Notes: generated by a model from the letters alone, not told the origin. A stretch of DNA of 64,000 nt from the human T2T-CHM13v2.0 reference genome, Homo sapiens (GCF_009914755.1 NC_060939.1); one strand, 5' to 3'; shown: positions 13,101 to 29,900, counted from the stretch's first letter. Numbers and translations: made by a program.

Positions 13101-16100
13101 CCATTTGATTCCATTCCATTCTATTCCATTCCATACAGTTGCATTCCATTGGATTCCATGCTATATCTATAAATTCAATTCGAGACCATTGCTTTTGATT
13201 CCATTCTATATGTTTCCATTCCATTCAAGTCCATTACATTTGGTTCAATTCCATTCCATTCCATTCCCTTCCATTCCATTCCAGTTGATATCAATCCATT
13301 CGATTCCATTCCATTCGAGCACATTCCATTCGAGTCCATTCCATTCGATGCCATTCCATTTGATTCTATTCCATTAGTCTCCATTCAATTCCATTAATCT
13401 CCATTCCATTCCATTCTACTCCAACTGATTCCATTCCATTCTATTCCTCTCCATTCCATTTCATTCCATTCCATTCCATTCCCTTCCATTCCATTCGTGT
13501 CCATTCCACTCCAGTCGATTCCATTTGTGTCCACTGCATTCCATTCCACTCCATTCCATATTATTCCATTACACTCCATTCCATTCTATTACTTTCATTT
13601 CCATTCAATTCCATTCCATTTGATTCCATTCCACTCGGTTTCATTCCATTTGAGTCCACTCCATTCCATTCCATTCCATTCCATTCCATTCAGTTCCATT
13701 CCATTCTGTTCCATTCCATTCCGTTCCATTGCATTCCATTCCATTCGGTACCATTCCATATTGTTCCATTCGATTCCATTCGAATCCATTCCATTCCAGT
13801 CCATTCCATTCGATTCCATTCCATTCCTTTCAATTCCATTCCATTCCATTCCATTCCACTTGATTCCACTCCATTCCCTTCCACTGCATTCCATTCGATT
13901 CCATTCCATTGCATTGCATTCCATTCCATTGGACTGCATTCCATTCGATTCCATTCCATTCGAATCAATTACATAGCAATCCATTACATTCGAGTCTATT
14001 CTATTCCGTTCCATTCGATTTCGTTCCAATCCATTCGATTCCATTCCATTCGATTCCATTCCATACTATTGCATTCCATTCGATTACATTATATTCGAAT
14101 AAGTTCCATTCAAGACCATTTCTTTTGAGTCCATTCTATTTGAGTCCATTCCCTTTGATTCCATAACATTTGAGTCCATTCAATTCCATTCCTTTCGTTT
14201 CCATTCCATTTGATGCCATTCCATTCAATTCTGTTCTACTCGACTCCAATACATTCAATTCCATTCCATCCGATTCCATTACATTCTTTTCATTTCTTAT
14301 CCATTTCAAGCCATTCCACTCCATTCCATTCCACTCGTTTCCTTTCCATTCGAGTCCATTCCTCTCCAGTCCATTCCGTTCAATCCATTCCATTCCAGTC
14401 CATTCCATTCGAGTCCGTTCCATTCCAGTCCATTCCATTCGAGTCAATTCCATCCCATTCGATGTCTTTCCATAACGATCCATTCCATTCTATTCCTTTC
14501 GATTCCATTCCATTCTATTTCATTCCATTCGATTCCCTTCCATTGGACTCCTTTCCATTCGAGTGCATTCCATTCCGTTCCATTTCTTTCCGTTCTGTAC
14601 GATTCCTACCGTTCGATTTCATTTTGTTCCAGTCCATTCCTTTCGCGTCCATTCCATTCCATTTCACTCCATTCGATTCCATTCCACTCGATTCCACTTC
14701 GTTCCATTTCATTGCATTCCATTCTATTCAACTCTATTGCCTTCCATTCCATTCCATTCGATTACATTCCATGCGATTCCATTCGAAATCGAATCAATTA
14801 CATTACAATCCATTACTATTGAGTCCGTTTTATTCCAGTCCACTGCATTCTGGTCCATTCCATTTGATTCCATTCCATTTTATTCCATTCCATACTGTTG
14901 CATTCCATTGGATTCCATGCTATATCTATAAATTCAATTCGAGACCATTGCTTTTGATTCCATTCTATATGTTTCCATTCCATTCAAGTCCATTACATTT
15001 GGTTCAATTCCATTCCATTCCATTCCCTTCCATTCCATTCCAGTTGATATCAATCCATTCGATTCCATTCCATTCGAGCACATTCCATTCGAGTCCATTC
15101 CATTCGATGCCATTCCATTTGATTCTATTCCATTAGTCTCCATTCAATTCCATTAATCTCCATTCCATTCCATTCTACTCCAACTGATTCCATTCCATTC
15201 TATTCCTCTCCATTCCATTTCATTCCATTCCATTCCATTCCCTTCCATTCCATTCGTGTCCATTCCACTCCAGTCGATTCCATTTGTGTCCACTGCATTC
15301 CATTCCACTCCATTCCATATTATTCCATTACACTCCATTCCATTCTATTACTTTCATTTCCATTCAATTCCATTCCATTTGATTCCATTCCACTCGGTTT
15401 CATTCCATTTGAGTCCACTCCATTCCATTCCATTCCATTCCATTCCATTCAGTTCCATTCCATTCTGTTCCATTCCATTCCGTTCCATTGCATTCCATTC
15501 CATTCGGTACCATTCCATATTGTTCCATTCGATTCCATTCGAATCCATTCCATTCCAGTCCATTCCATTCGATTCCATTCCATTCCTTTCAATTCCATTC
15601 CATTCCATTCCATTCCACTTGATTCCACTCCATTCCCTTCCACTGCATTCCATTCGATTCCATTCCATTGCATTGCATTCCATTCCATTGGACTGCATTC
15701 CATTCGATTCCATTCCATTCGAATCAATTACATAGCAATCCATTACATTCGAGTCTATTCTATTCCGTTCCATTCGATTTCGTTCCAATCCATTCGATTC
15801 CATTCCATTCGATTCCATTCCATACTATTGCATTCCATTCGATTACATTATATTCGAATAAGTTCCATTCAAGACCATTTCTTTTGAGTCCATTCTATTT
15901 GAGTCCATTCCCTTTGATTCCATAACATTTGAGTCCATTCAATTCCATTCCTTTCGTTTCCATTCCATTTGATGCCATTCCATTCAATTCTGTTCTACTC
16001 GACTCCAATACATTCAATTCCATTCCATCCGATTCCATTACATTCTTTTCATTTCTTATCCATTTCAAGCCATTCCACTCCATTCCATTCCACTCGTTTC

Positions 16101-17925
16101 CTTTCCATTCGAGTCCATTCCTCTCCAGTCCATTCCGTTCAATCCATTCCATTCCAGTCCATTCCATTCGAGTCCGTTCCATTCCAGTCCATTCCATTCG
16201 AGTCAATTCCATCCCATTCGATGTCTTTCCATAACGATCCATTCCATTCTATTCCTTTCGATTCCATTCCATTCTATTTCATTCCATTCGATTCCCTTCC
16301 ATTGGACTCCTTTCCATTCGAGTGCATTCCATTCCGTTCCATTTCTTTCCGTTCTGTACGATTCCTACCGTTCGATTTCATTTTGTTCCAGTCCATTCCT
16401 TTCGCGTCCATTCCATTCCATTTCACTCCATTCGATTCCATTCCACTCGATTCCACTTCGTTCCATTTCATTGCATTCCATTCTATTCAACTCTATTGCC
16501 TTCCATTCTATTCCATTCGATTACATTCCATGCGATTCCATTCGAAATCGAATCAATTACATTGCAATCCATTACTATTGAGTCCGTTTTATTCCAGTCC
16601 ACTGCATTCTGGTCCATTCCATTTGATTCCATTCCATTCTATTCCATTCCATACAGTTGCATTCATTTGGATTCCATGCTATATCTATAAATTCAATTCG
16701 AGACCATTGCTTTTGAGTCCATTCTATATGATTCCATTCCATTCAAGTCCACTACATTTGGTTCAATTCCATTCCATTCCATTCCCTTCCATTCCATTCC
16801 ATTTGATATCAATCCATTCGATTCCATTCCATTCGAGCACATTCCATTCGAGTCCATTCCATTCGATGCCATTCCATTTGATTCTATTCCATTAGTCTCC
16901 ATTCAATTCCATTAATCTCCATTCCATTCCATTCTACTCCAACTGATTCCATTCCATTCTATTCCTTTCCATTCCATTTCATTCCATTCCATTCCATTTC
17001 ATTCCATTCCATTCCATTCGTGTCCATTCCACTCCAGTCCATTCCATTCGTGTCCATTCCATTCCAGTCCATTCCATTTGTGTCCACTGCATTCCATTCC
17101 ACTCCATTCCATATTATTCCATTACACTCCATTCCATTCTATTACTTTCATTTCCATTCAATTCCATTCCATTTGATTCCATTCCACTCGGTTTCATTCC
17201 ATTTGAGTCCACTCCATTGCAGTCCATTCCATTCCATTCAGTTCCATTCCATTCTGTTCCATTCCATTCCGTTCCATTGCATTCCATTCCATTCGGTACC
17301 ATTCCATATTGTTCCATTCGATTCCATTCGAATCCATTCCATTCCAGTCCATTCCATTCGATTCCATTCCATTCCTTTCAATTCCATTCCATTCCATTCC
17401 ATTCCACTTGATTCCACTCCATTCCCTTCCACTGCATTCCATTCGATTCCATTCCATTGCATTGCATTCCATTCCATTGGACTGCATTCCATTCGATTCC
17501 ATTCCATTCGAATCAATTACATAGCAATCCATTACATTCGAGTCTATTCTATTCCGTTCCATTCGATTTCGTTCCAATCCATTCGATTCCATTCCATTCG
17601 ATTCCATTCCATACTATTGCATTCCATTCGATTACATTATATTCGAATAAGTTCCATTCAAGAACATTTCTTTTGAGTCCATTCTATTTGAGTCCATTCC
17701 CTTTGATTCCATAACATTTGAGTCCATTCAATTCCATTCCTTTCGTTTCCATTCCATTTGATGCCATTCCATTCAATTCTGTTCTACTCGACTCCAATAC
17801 ATTCAATTCCATTCCATCCGATTCCATTACATTCTTTTCATTTCTTATCCATTTCAAGCCATTCCACTCCATTCCATTCCACTCGTTTCCTTTCCATTCG
17901 AGTCCATTCCTCTCCAGTCCATTCC

Positions 17926-20900
17926 GTTCAATCCATTCCATTCCAGTCCATTCCATTCGAGTCCGTTCCATTCCAGTCCATTCCATTCGAGTCAATTCCA
18001 TCCCATTCGATGTCTTTCCATAACGATCCATTCCATTCTATTCCTTTCGATTCCATTCCATTCTATTTCATTCCATTCGATTCCCTTCCATTGGACTCCT
18101 TTCCATTAGAGTGCATTCCATTCCGTTCCATTTCTTTCCGTTCTGTACGATTCCTACCGTTCGATTTCATTTTGTTCCAGTCCATTCCTTTTGCGTCCAT
18201 TCCATTCCATTTCACTCCATTCGATTCCATTCCACTCGATTCCACTTCGTTCCATTTCATTGCATTCCATTCTATTCAACTCTATTGCCTTCCATTCCAT
18301 TCCATTCGATTACATTCCATGCGATTCCATTCGAAATCGAATCAATTACATTACAATCCATTACTATTGAGTCCGTTTTATTCCAGTCCACTGCATTCTG
18401 GTCCATTCCATTTGATTCCATTCCATTTTATTCCATTCCATACAGTTGCATTCCATTGGATTCCATGCTATATCTATAAATTCAATTCGAGACCATTGCT
18501 TTTGATTCCATTCTATATGTTTCCATTCCATTCAAGTCCATTACATTTGGTTCAATTCCATTCCATTCCATTCCCTTCCATTCCATTCCAGTTGATATCA
18601 ATCCATTCGATTCCATTCCATTCGAGCACATTCCATTCGAGTCCATTCCATTCGATGCCATTCCATTTGATTCTATTCCATTAGTCTCCATTCAATTCCA
18701 TTAATCTCCATTCCATTCCATTCTACTCCAACTGATTCCATTCCATTCTATTCCTTTCCATTCCATTTCATTCCATTCCATTCAATTCCCTTCCATTCCA
18801 TTCGTGTCCATTCCACTCCAGTCGATTCCATTTGTGTCCACTGCATTCCATTCCACTCCATTCCATATTATTCCATTACACTCCATTCCATTCTATTACT
18901 TTCATTTCCATTCAATTCCATTCCATTTGATTCCATTCCACTCGGTTTCATTCCATTTGAGTCCACTCCATTCCATTCCATTCCATTCCATTCCATTCAG
19001 TTCCATTCCATTCTGTTCCATTCCATTCCGTTCCATTGCATTCCATTCCATTCGGTACCATTCCATATTGTTCCATTCGATTCCATTCGAATCCATTCCA
19101 TTCCAGTCCATTCCATTCGATTCCATTCCATTCCTTTCAATTCCATTCCATTCCATTCCATTCCACTTGATTCCACTCCATTCCCTTCCACTGCATTCCA
19201 TTCGATTCCATTCCATTGCATTGCATTCCATTCCATTGGACTGCATTCCATTCGATTCCATTCCATTCGAATCAATTACATAGCAATCCATTACATTCGA
19301 GTCTATTCTATTCCGTTCCATTCGATTTCGTTCCAATCCATTCGATTCCATTCCATTCGATTCCATTCCATACTATTGCATTCCATTCGATTACATTATA
19401 TTCGAATAAGTTCCATTCAAGACCATTTCTTTTGAGTCCATTCTATTTGAGTCCATTCCCTTTGATTCCATAACATTTGAGTCCATTCAATTCCATTCCT
19501 TTCGTTTCCATTCCATTTGATGCCATTCCATTCAATTCTGTTCTACTCGACTCCAATACATTCAATTCCATTCCATCCGATTCCATTACATTCTTTTCAT
19601 TTCTTATCCATTTCAAGCCATTCCACTCCATTCCATTCCACTCGTTTCCTTTCCATTCGAGTCCATTCCTCTCCAGTCCATTCCGTTCAATCCATTCCAT
19701 TCCAGTCCATTCCATTCGAGTCCGTTCCATTCCAGTCCATTCCATTCGAGTCAATTCCATCCCATTCGATGTCTTTCCATAACGATCCATTCCATTCTAT
19801 TCCTTTCGATTCCATTCCATTCTATTTCATTCCATTCGATTCCCTTCCATTGGACTCCTTTCCATTCGAGTGCATTCCATTCCGTTCCATTTCTTTCCGT
19901 TCTGTACGATTCCTACCGTTCGATTTCATTTTGTTCCAGTCCATTCCTTTCGCGTCCATTCCATTCCATTTCACTCCATTCGATTCCATTCCACTCGATT
20001 CCACTTCGTTCCATTTCATTGCATTCCATTCTATTCAACTCTATTGCCTTCCATTCTATTCCATTCGATTACATTCCATGCGATTCCATTCGAAATCGAA
20101 TCAATTACATTGCAATCCATTACTATTGAGTCCGTTTTATTCCAGTCCACTGCATTCTGGTCCATTCCATTTGATTCCATTCCATTCTATTCCATTCCAT
20201 ACAGTTGCATTCATTTGGATTCCATGCTATATCTATAAATTCAATTCGAGACCATTGCTTTTGAGTCCATTCTATATGATTCCATTCCATTCAAGTCCAC
20301 TACATTTGGTTCAATTCCATTCCATTCCATTCCCTTCCATTCCATTCCATTTGATATCAATCCATTCGATTCCATTCCATTCGAGCACATTCCATTCGAG
20401 TCCATTCCATTCGATGCCATTCCATTTGATTCTATTCCATTAGTCTCCATTCAATTCCATTAATCTCCATTCCATTCCATTCTACTCCAACTGATTCCAT
20501 TCCATTCTATTCCTTTCCATTCCATTTCATTCCATTCCATTCCATTTCATTCCATTCCATTCCATTCGTGTCCATTCCACTCCAGTCCATTCCATTCGTG
20601 TCCATTCCATTCCAGTCCATTCCATTTGTGTCCACTGCATTCCATTCCACTCCATTCCATATTATTCCATTACACTCCATTCCATTCTATTACTTTCATT
20701 TCCATTCAATTCCATTCCATTTGATTCCATTCCACTCGGTTTCATTCCATTTGAGTCCACTCCATTGCATTCCATTCCATTCCATTCAGTTCCATTCCAT
20801 TCTGTTCCATTCCATTCCGTTCCATTGCATTCCATTCCATTCGGTACCATTCCATATTGTTCCATTCGATTCCATTCGAATCCATTCCATTCCAGTCCAT

Positions 20901-23900
20901 TCCATTCGATTCCATTCCATTCCTTTCAATTCCATTCCATTCCATTCCATTCCACTTGATTCCACTCCATTCCCTTCCACTGCATTCCATTCGATTCCAT
21001 TCCATTGCATTGCATTCCATTCCATTGGACTGCATTCCATTCGATTCCATTCCATTCGAATCAATTACATAGCAATCCATTACATTCGAGTCTATTCTAT
21101 TCCGTTCCATTCGATTTCGTTCCAATCCATTCGATTCCATTCCATTCGATTCCATTCCATACTATTGCATTCCATTCGATTACATTATATTCGAATAAGT
21201 TCCATTCAAGACCATTTCTTTTGAGTCCATTCTATTTGAGTCCATTCCCTTTGATTCCATAACATTTGAGTCCATTCAATTCCATTCCTTTCGTTTCCAT
21301 TCCATTTGATGCCATTCCATTCAATTCTGTTCTACTCGACTCCAATACATTCAATTCCATTCCATCCGATTCCATTACATTCTTTTCATTTCTTATCCAT
21401 TTCAAGCCATTCCACTCCATTCCATTCCACTCGTTTCCTTTCCATTCGAGTCCATTCCTCTCCAGTCCATTCCGTTCAATCCATTCCATTCCAGTCCATT
21501 CCATTCGAGTCCGTTCCATTCCAGTCCATTCCATTCGAGTCAATTCCATTCCATTCGATGTCTTTCCATAACGATCCATTCCATTCTATTCCTTTCGATT
21601 CCATTCCATTCTATTTCATTCCATTCGATTCCCTTCCATTGGACTCCTTTCCATTCGAGTGCATTCCATTCCGTTCCATTTCTTTCTGTTCTGTACGATT
21701 CCTACCGTTCGATTTCATTTTGTTCCAGTCCATTCCTTTCGCGTCCATTCCATTCCATTTCACTCCATTCGATTCCATTCCACTCGATTCCACTTCGTTC
21801 TATTTCATTGCATTCCATTCTATTCAACTCTATTGCCTTCCATTCCATTCCATTCGATTACATTCCATGCGATTCCATTGGAAATCGAATCAATTACATT
21901 GCAATCCATTAATATTGAGTCCATTTTATTCCAGTCCACTGCATTCTGGTCCATTCCATTTGATTCCATTCCATTCTATTCCATTCCATACAGTTGCATT
22001 CCATTGGATTCCATTCTATATCTATAAATTCAATTGGAGACCATTGCTTTTGAGTCCATTCTATATGATTCCATTCCATTCAAGTCCATTACATTTGGTT
22101 CAATTCCATTCCATTCCATTCCCTTCCATTCCATTCCAGTTGATATCAATCCATTCGATTCCATTCCATTCGAGCACATTCCATTCGAGTCCATTCCATT
22201 CGATGCCATTCCATTTGATTCTATTCCATTAGTCTCCATTCAATTCCATTAATCTCCATTCCATTCCATTCTACTCCAAGTGATTCCATTCCATTCTATT
22301 CCTTTCCATTCCATTTCATTCCATTCCATTCCATTTCATTCCATTCCATTCCATTCTCTTCCATTCCATTCGTGTCCATTCCACTCCAGTCCATTCCATT
22401 CGTGTCCATTCCATTCCAGTCCATTCCATTTGTGTCCACTGCATTCCATTCCACTCCATTCCATATTATTCCATTACACTCCATTCCATTCTATTACTTT
22501 CATTTCCATTCAATTCCATTCCATTTGATTCCATTCCACTCGGTTTCATTCCATTTGAGTCCACTCCATTCCATTCCATTCCATTCCATTCAGTTCCATT
22601 CCATTCTGTTCCGTTCCATTCCATTCTGTTCCATTCCATTCCGTTCCATTGCATTCCATTCCATTCGGTACCATTCCATATTGTTCCATTCGATTCCATT
22701 CGAATCCATTCCATTCCAGTCCATTCCATTCGATTCCATTCCATTCCTTTCAATTCCATTCCATTCCATTCCATTCCACTTGATTCCACTCCATTCCCTT
22801 CCACTGCATTCCATTCGATTCCATTCCATTGCATTGCATTCCATTCCATTGGACTGCATTCCATTCGATTCCATTCCATTCGAATCAATTACATAGCAAT
22901 CCATTACATTCGAGTCTATTCTATTCCGTTCCATTCGATTTCGTTCCAATCCATTCGATTCCATTCCATTCGATTCCATTCCATACTATTGCATTCCATT
23001 CGATTACATTATATTCGAATAAGTTCCATTCAAGACCATTTCTTTTGAGTCCATTCTATTTGAGTCCATTCCCTTTGATTCCATAACATTTGAGTCCATT
23101 CAATTCCATTCCTTTCGTTTCCATTCCATTTGATGCCATTCCATTCAATTCTGTTCTACTCGACTCCAATACATTCAATTCCATTCCATCCGATTCCATT
23201 ACATTCTTTTCATTTCTTATCCATTTCAAGCCATTCCACTCCATTCCATTCCACTCGTTTCCTTTCCATTCGAGTCCATTCCTCTCCAGTCCATTCCGTT
23301 CAATCCATTCCATTCCAGTCCATTCCATTCGAGTCCGTTCCATTCCAGTCCATTCCATTCGAGTCAATTCCATTCCATTCGATGTCTTTCCATAACGATC
23401 CATTCCATTCTATTCCTTTCGATTCCATTCCATTCTATTTCATTCCATTCGATTCCCTTCCATTGGACTCCTTTCCATTCGAGTGCATTCCATTCCGTTC
23501 CATTTCTTTCTGTTCTGTACGATTCCTACCGTTCGATTTCATTTTGTTCCAGTCCATTCCTTTCGCGTCCATTCCATTCCATTTCACTCCATTCGATTCC
23601 ATTCCACTCGATTCCACTTCGTTCTATTTCATTGCATTCCATTCTATTCAACTCTATTGCCTTCCATTCCATTCCATTCGATTACATTCCATGCGATTCC
23701 ATTGGAAATCGAATCAATTACATTGCAATCCATTAATATTGAGTCCATTTTATTCCAGTCCACTGCATTCTGGTCCATTCCATTTGATTCCATTCCATTC
23801 TATTCCATTCCATACAGTTGCATTCCATTGGATTCCATTCTATATCTATAAATTCAATTGGAGACCATTGCTTTTGAGTCCATTCTATATGATTCCATTC

Positions 23901-26900
23901 CATTCAAGTCCATTACATTTGGTTCAATTCCATTCCATTCCATTCCCTTCCATTCCATTCCAGTTGATATCAATCCATTCGATTCCATTCCATTCGAGCA
24001 CATTCCATTCGAGTCCATTCCATTCGATGCCATTCCATTTGATTCTATTCCATTAGTCTCCATTCAATTCCATTAATCTCCATTCCATTCCATTCTACTC
24101 CAAGTGATTCCATTCCATTCTATTCCTTTCCATTCCATTTCATTCCATTCCATTCCATTTCATTCCATTCCATTCCATTCTCTTCCATTCCATTCGTGTC
24201 CATTCCACTCCAGTCCATTCCATTCGTGTCCATTCCATTCCAGTCCATTCCATTTGTGTCCACTGCATTCCATTCCACTCCATTCCATATTATTCCATTA
24301 CACTCCATTCCATTCTATTACTTTCATTTCCATTCAATTCCATTCCATTTGATTCCATTCCACTCGGTTTCATTCCATTTGAGTCCACTCCATTCCATTC
24401 CATTCCATTCCATTCAGTTCCATTCCATTCTGTTCCGTTCCATTCCATTCTGTTCCATTCCATTCCGTTCCATTGCATTCCAATCCATTCGGTACCATTC
24501 CATATTGTTCCATTCGATTCCATTCGAATCCATTCCATTCCAGTCCATTCCATTCGATTCCATTCCATTCCTTTCAATTCCATTCCATTCCATTCCATTC
24601 CACTTGATTCCACTCCATTCCCTTCCACTGCATTCCATTCGATTCCATTCCATTGCATTGCATTCCATTCCATTGGACTGCATTCCATTCGATTCCATTC
24701 CATTCGAATCAATTACATAGCAATCCATTACATTCGAGTCTATTCTATTCCGTTCCATTCGATTTCGTTCCAATCCATTCGATTCCATTCCATTCGATTC
24801 CATTCCATACTATTGCATTCCATTCTATTACATTATATTCGAATAAGTTCCATTCAAGACCATTTCTTTTGAGTCCATTCTATTTGAGTCCATTCCCTTT
24901 GATTCCATAACATTTGAGTCCATTCAATTCCATTCCTTTCGTTTGCATTCCATTTGATGCCATTCCATTCAATTCTGTTCTGCTCGACTCCAATACATTC
25001 AATTCCATTCCATCCGATTCCATTACATTCTTTTCATTTCTTATCCATTTCAAGCCATTCCACTCCACTCCATTCCACTCGTTTCCTTTCCATTCGAGTC
25101 CATTCCTCTCCAGTCCATTCCGTTCAATCCATTCCATTCCAGTCCATTCCATTCGAGTCCGTTCCATTCCAGTCCATTCCATTCGAGTCAATTCCATCCC
25201 ATTCGATGTCTTTCCATAACGATCCATTCCATTCTATTCCTTTCGATTCCATTCCATTCTATTTCATTCCATTCGATTCCCTTCCATTGGACTCCTTTCC
25301 ATTCGAGTGCATTCCATTCCGTTCCATTTCTTTCCGTTCTGTACGATTCCTACCGTTTGATTTCATTTTGTTCCAGTCCATTCCTTTCGCGTCCATTCCA
25401 TTCCATTTCACTCCATTCGATTCCATTCCACTCGATTCCACTTCGTTCCATTTCATTGCATTCCATTCTATTCAACTCTATTGCCTTCCATTCTATTCCA
25501 TTCGATTACATTCCATGCGATTCCATTCGAAATCGAATCAATTACATTGCAATCCATTACTATTGAGTCCGTTTTATTCCAGTCCACTGCATTCTGGTCC
25601 ATTCCATTTGATTCCATTCCATTCTATTCCATTCCATACAGTTGCATTCATTTGGATTCCATGCTATATCTATAAATTCAATTCGAGACCATTGCTTTTG
25701 AGTCCATTCTATATGATTCCATTCCATTCAAGTCCACTACATTTGGTTCAATTCCATTCCATTCCATTCCCTTCCATTCCATTCCATTTGATATCAATCC
25801 ATTCGATTCCATTCCATTCGAGCACATTCCATTCGAGTCCATTCCATTCGATGCCATTCCATTTGATTCTATTCCATTAGTCTCCATTCAATTCCATTAA
25901 TCTCCATTCCATTCCATTCTACTCCAACTGATTCCATTCCATTCTATTCCTTTCCATTCCATTTCATTCCATTCCATTCCATTTCATTCCATTCCATTCC
26001 ATTCGTGTCCATTCCACTCCAGTCCATTCCATTCGTGTCCATTCCATTCCAGTCCATTCCATTTGTGTCCACTGCATTCCATTCCACTCCATTCCATATT
26101 ATTCCATTACACTCCATTCCATTCTATTACTTTCATTTCCATTCAATTCCATTCCATTTGATTCCATTCCACTCGGTTTCATTCCATTTGAGTCCACTCC
26201 ATTGCATTCCATTCCATTCCATTCAGTTCCATTCCATTCTGTTCCATTCCATTCCGTTCCATTGCATTCCATTCCATTCGGTACCATTCCATATTGTTCC
26301 ATTCGATTCCATTCGAATCCATTCCATTCCAGTCCATTCCATTCGATTCCATTCCATTCCTTTCAATTCCATTCCATTCCATTCCATTCCACTTGATTCC
26401 ACTCCATTCCCTTCCACTGCATTCCATTCGATTCCATTCCATTGCATTGCATTCCATTCCATTGGACTGCATTCCATTCGATTCCATTCCATTCGAATCA
26501 ATTACATAGCAATCCATTACATTCGAGTCTATTCTATTCCGTTCCATTCGATTTCGTTCCAATCCATTCGATTCCATTCCATTCGATTCCATTCCATACT
26601 ATTGCATTCCATTCGATTACATTATATTCGAATAAGTTCCATTCAGGACCATTTCTTTTGAGTCCATTCTATTTGAGTCCATTCCCTTTGATTCCATAAC
26701 ATTTGAGTCCATTCAATTCCATTCCTTTCGTTTCCATTCCATTTGATGCCATTCCATTCAATTCTGTTCTACTCGACTCCAATACATTCAATTCCATTCC
26801 ATCTGATTCCATTACATTCTTTTCATTTCTTATCCATTTCAAGCCATTCCACTCCATTCCATTCCACTCGTTTCCTTTCTATTCGAGTCCATTCCTCTCC

Positions 26901-29900
26901 AGTCCATTCCGTTCAATCCATTCCATTCCAGTCCATTCCATTCGAGTCCGTTCCATTCCAGTCCATTCCATTCGAGTCAATTCCATCCCATTCGATGTCT
27001 TTCCATAACGATCCATTCCATTCTATTCCTTTCGATTCCATTCCATTCTATTTCATTCCATTCGATTCCCTTCCATTGGACTCCTTTCCATTCGAGTGCA
27101 TTCCATTCCGTTCCATTTCTTTCCGTTCTGTACGATTCCTACCGTTCGATTTCATTTTGTTCCAGTCCATTCCTTTCGCGTCCATTCCATTCCATTTCAC
27201 TCCATTCGATTCCATTCCATCTCACTCCATTCGATTCCATTCCACTCGATTCCACTTCGTTCCATTTCATTGCATTCCATTCTATTCAACTCTATTGCCT
27301 TCCATTCCATTCCATTCGATTACATTCCATGAGATTCCATTCGAAATCGAATCAATTACATTGCAATCCATAACTATTGAGTGCGTTTTATTCCAGTCCA
27401 CTGCATTCTGGTCCATTCCATTTGATTCCATTCCATTCTATTCCATTCCATACAGTTGCATTCCATTGGATTCCATGCTATATCTATAAATTCAATTCGA
27501 GACCATTGCTTTTGAGTCCATTCTATATGATTCCATTCCATTCAAGTCCATTACATTTGGTTCAATTCCATTCCATTCCATTCCCTTCCATTCCATTCCA
27601 TTTGATATCAATCCATTCGATTCCATTCCATTCGAGCACATTCCATTCGAGTCCATTCCATTCGATGCCATTCCATTTGATTCTATTCCATTAGTCTCCA
27701 TTCAATTCCATTAATCTCCATTCCATTCCATTCTACTCCAACTGATTCCATTCCATTCTATTCCTTTCTATTCCATTTCATTCCATTCCATTCCATTTCA
27801 TTCCATTCCATTCCATTCGTGTCCATTCCACTCCAGTCCATTCCATTCGTGTCCATTCCATTCCAGTCCATTCCATTTGTGTCCACTGCATTCCATTCCA
27901 CTCCATTCCATATTATTCCATTACACTCCATTCCATTCTATTACTTTCATTTCCATTCAATTCCATTCCATTTGATTCCATTCCACTCGGTTTCATTCCA
28001 TTTGAGTCCACTCCATTCCATTCCATTCCATTCCATTCCAATCAGTTCCATTCCATTCTGTTCCATTCCATTCCGTTCCATTCCATTCCATTCCATTCGG
28101 TACCATTCCATATTGTTCCATTCGATTCCATTCGAATCCATTCCATTCCAGTCCATTCCATTCGATTCCATTCCATTCATTTCAATTCCATTCCATTCCA
28201 TTCCATTCCACTTGATTCCTCTCCATTCCCTTCCACTGCATTCCGTTCGATTCCATTCCATTGCATTGCATTCCATTCCATTGGATTGCATTCCATTCGA
28301 TTCCATTCCATTCGAATCAATTACATAGCAATCCATTGCATTCGAGTCTATTCTATTCCGTTCCATTCGATTTCGTTCCAATCCATTCGATTCCATTCCA
28401 TTCGATTCCATTCCATACTATTGCATTCCATTCGATTACATTATATTCGAATAAGTTCCATTGAAGACCATTTCTTTTGAGTCCATTCTATTTGAGTCCA
28501 TTCCCTTTGATTCCATAACATTTGAGTCCATTCAATTCCATTCCTTTCGTTTCCATTCCATTTGATGCCATTCCATTCAATTCTGTTCTACTCGACTCCA
28601 ATACATTCAATTCCATTCCATCCGATTCCATTACATTCTTTTCATTTCTTATCCATTTCAAGCCATTCCACTCCATTCCATTCCACTCGTTTCCTTTCCA
28701 TTCGAGTCCATTCCTCTCCAGTCCATTCCGTTCAATCCATTCCATTCCAGTCCATTCCATTCGAGTCCGTTCCATTCCAGTCCATTCCATTCGAGTCAAT
28801 TCCATCCCATTCGATGTCTTTCCATAACGATCCATTCCATTCTATTCCTTTCGATTCCATTCCATTCTATTTCATTCCATTCGATTCCCTTCCATTGGAC
28901 TCCTTTCCATTCGAGTGCATTCCATTCCGTTCCATTTCTTTCCGTTCTGTACGATTCCTACCGTTCGATTTCATTTTGTTCCAGTCCATTCCTTTCGCGT
29001 CCATTCCATTCCATTTCACTCCATTCGATTCCATTCCATTTCACTCCATTCGATTCCATTCCACTCGATTCCACTTCGTTCCATTTCATTGCATTCCATT
29101 CTATTCAACTCTATTGCCTTCCATTCCATTCCATTCGATTACATTCCATGCGATTCCATTCGAAATCGAATCAATTACATTGCAATCCATAACTATTGAG
29201 TCCGTTTTATTCCAGTCCACTGCATTCTGGTCCATTCCATTTGATTCCATTCCATTCTATTCCATTCCATACAGTTGCATTCCATTGGATTCCATGCTAT
29301 ATCTATAAATTCAATTCGAGACCATTGCTTTTGAGTCCATTCTATATGATTCCATTCCATTCAAGTCCATTACATTTGGTTCAATTCCATTCCATTCCAT
29401 TCCCTTCCATTCCATTCCATTTGATATCAATCCATTCGATTCCATTCCATTCGAGCACATTCCATTCGAGTCCATTCCATTCGATGCCATTCCATTTGAT
29501 TCTATTCCATTAGTCTCCATTCTATTCCATTAATCTCCATTCCATTCCATTCTACTCCAACTGATTCCATTCCATTCTATTCCTTTCCATTCCATTTCAT
29601 TCCATTCCATTCCATTTCATTCCATTCCATTCCATTCGTGTCCATTCCACTCCAGTCCATTCCATTCGTGTCCATTCCATTCCAGTCCATTCCATTTGTG
29701 TCCACTGCATTCCATTCCACTCCATTCCATATTATTCCATTACACTCCATTCCATTCTATTACTTTCATTTCCATTCAATTCCATTCCATTTGATTCCAT
29801 TCCACTCGGTTTCATTCCATTTGAGTCCACTCCATTCCATTCCATTCCATTCCATTCAGTTCCATTCCATTCTGTTCCATTCCATTCCGTTCCATTCCAT

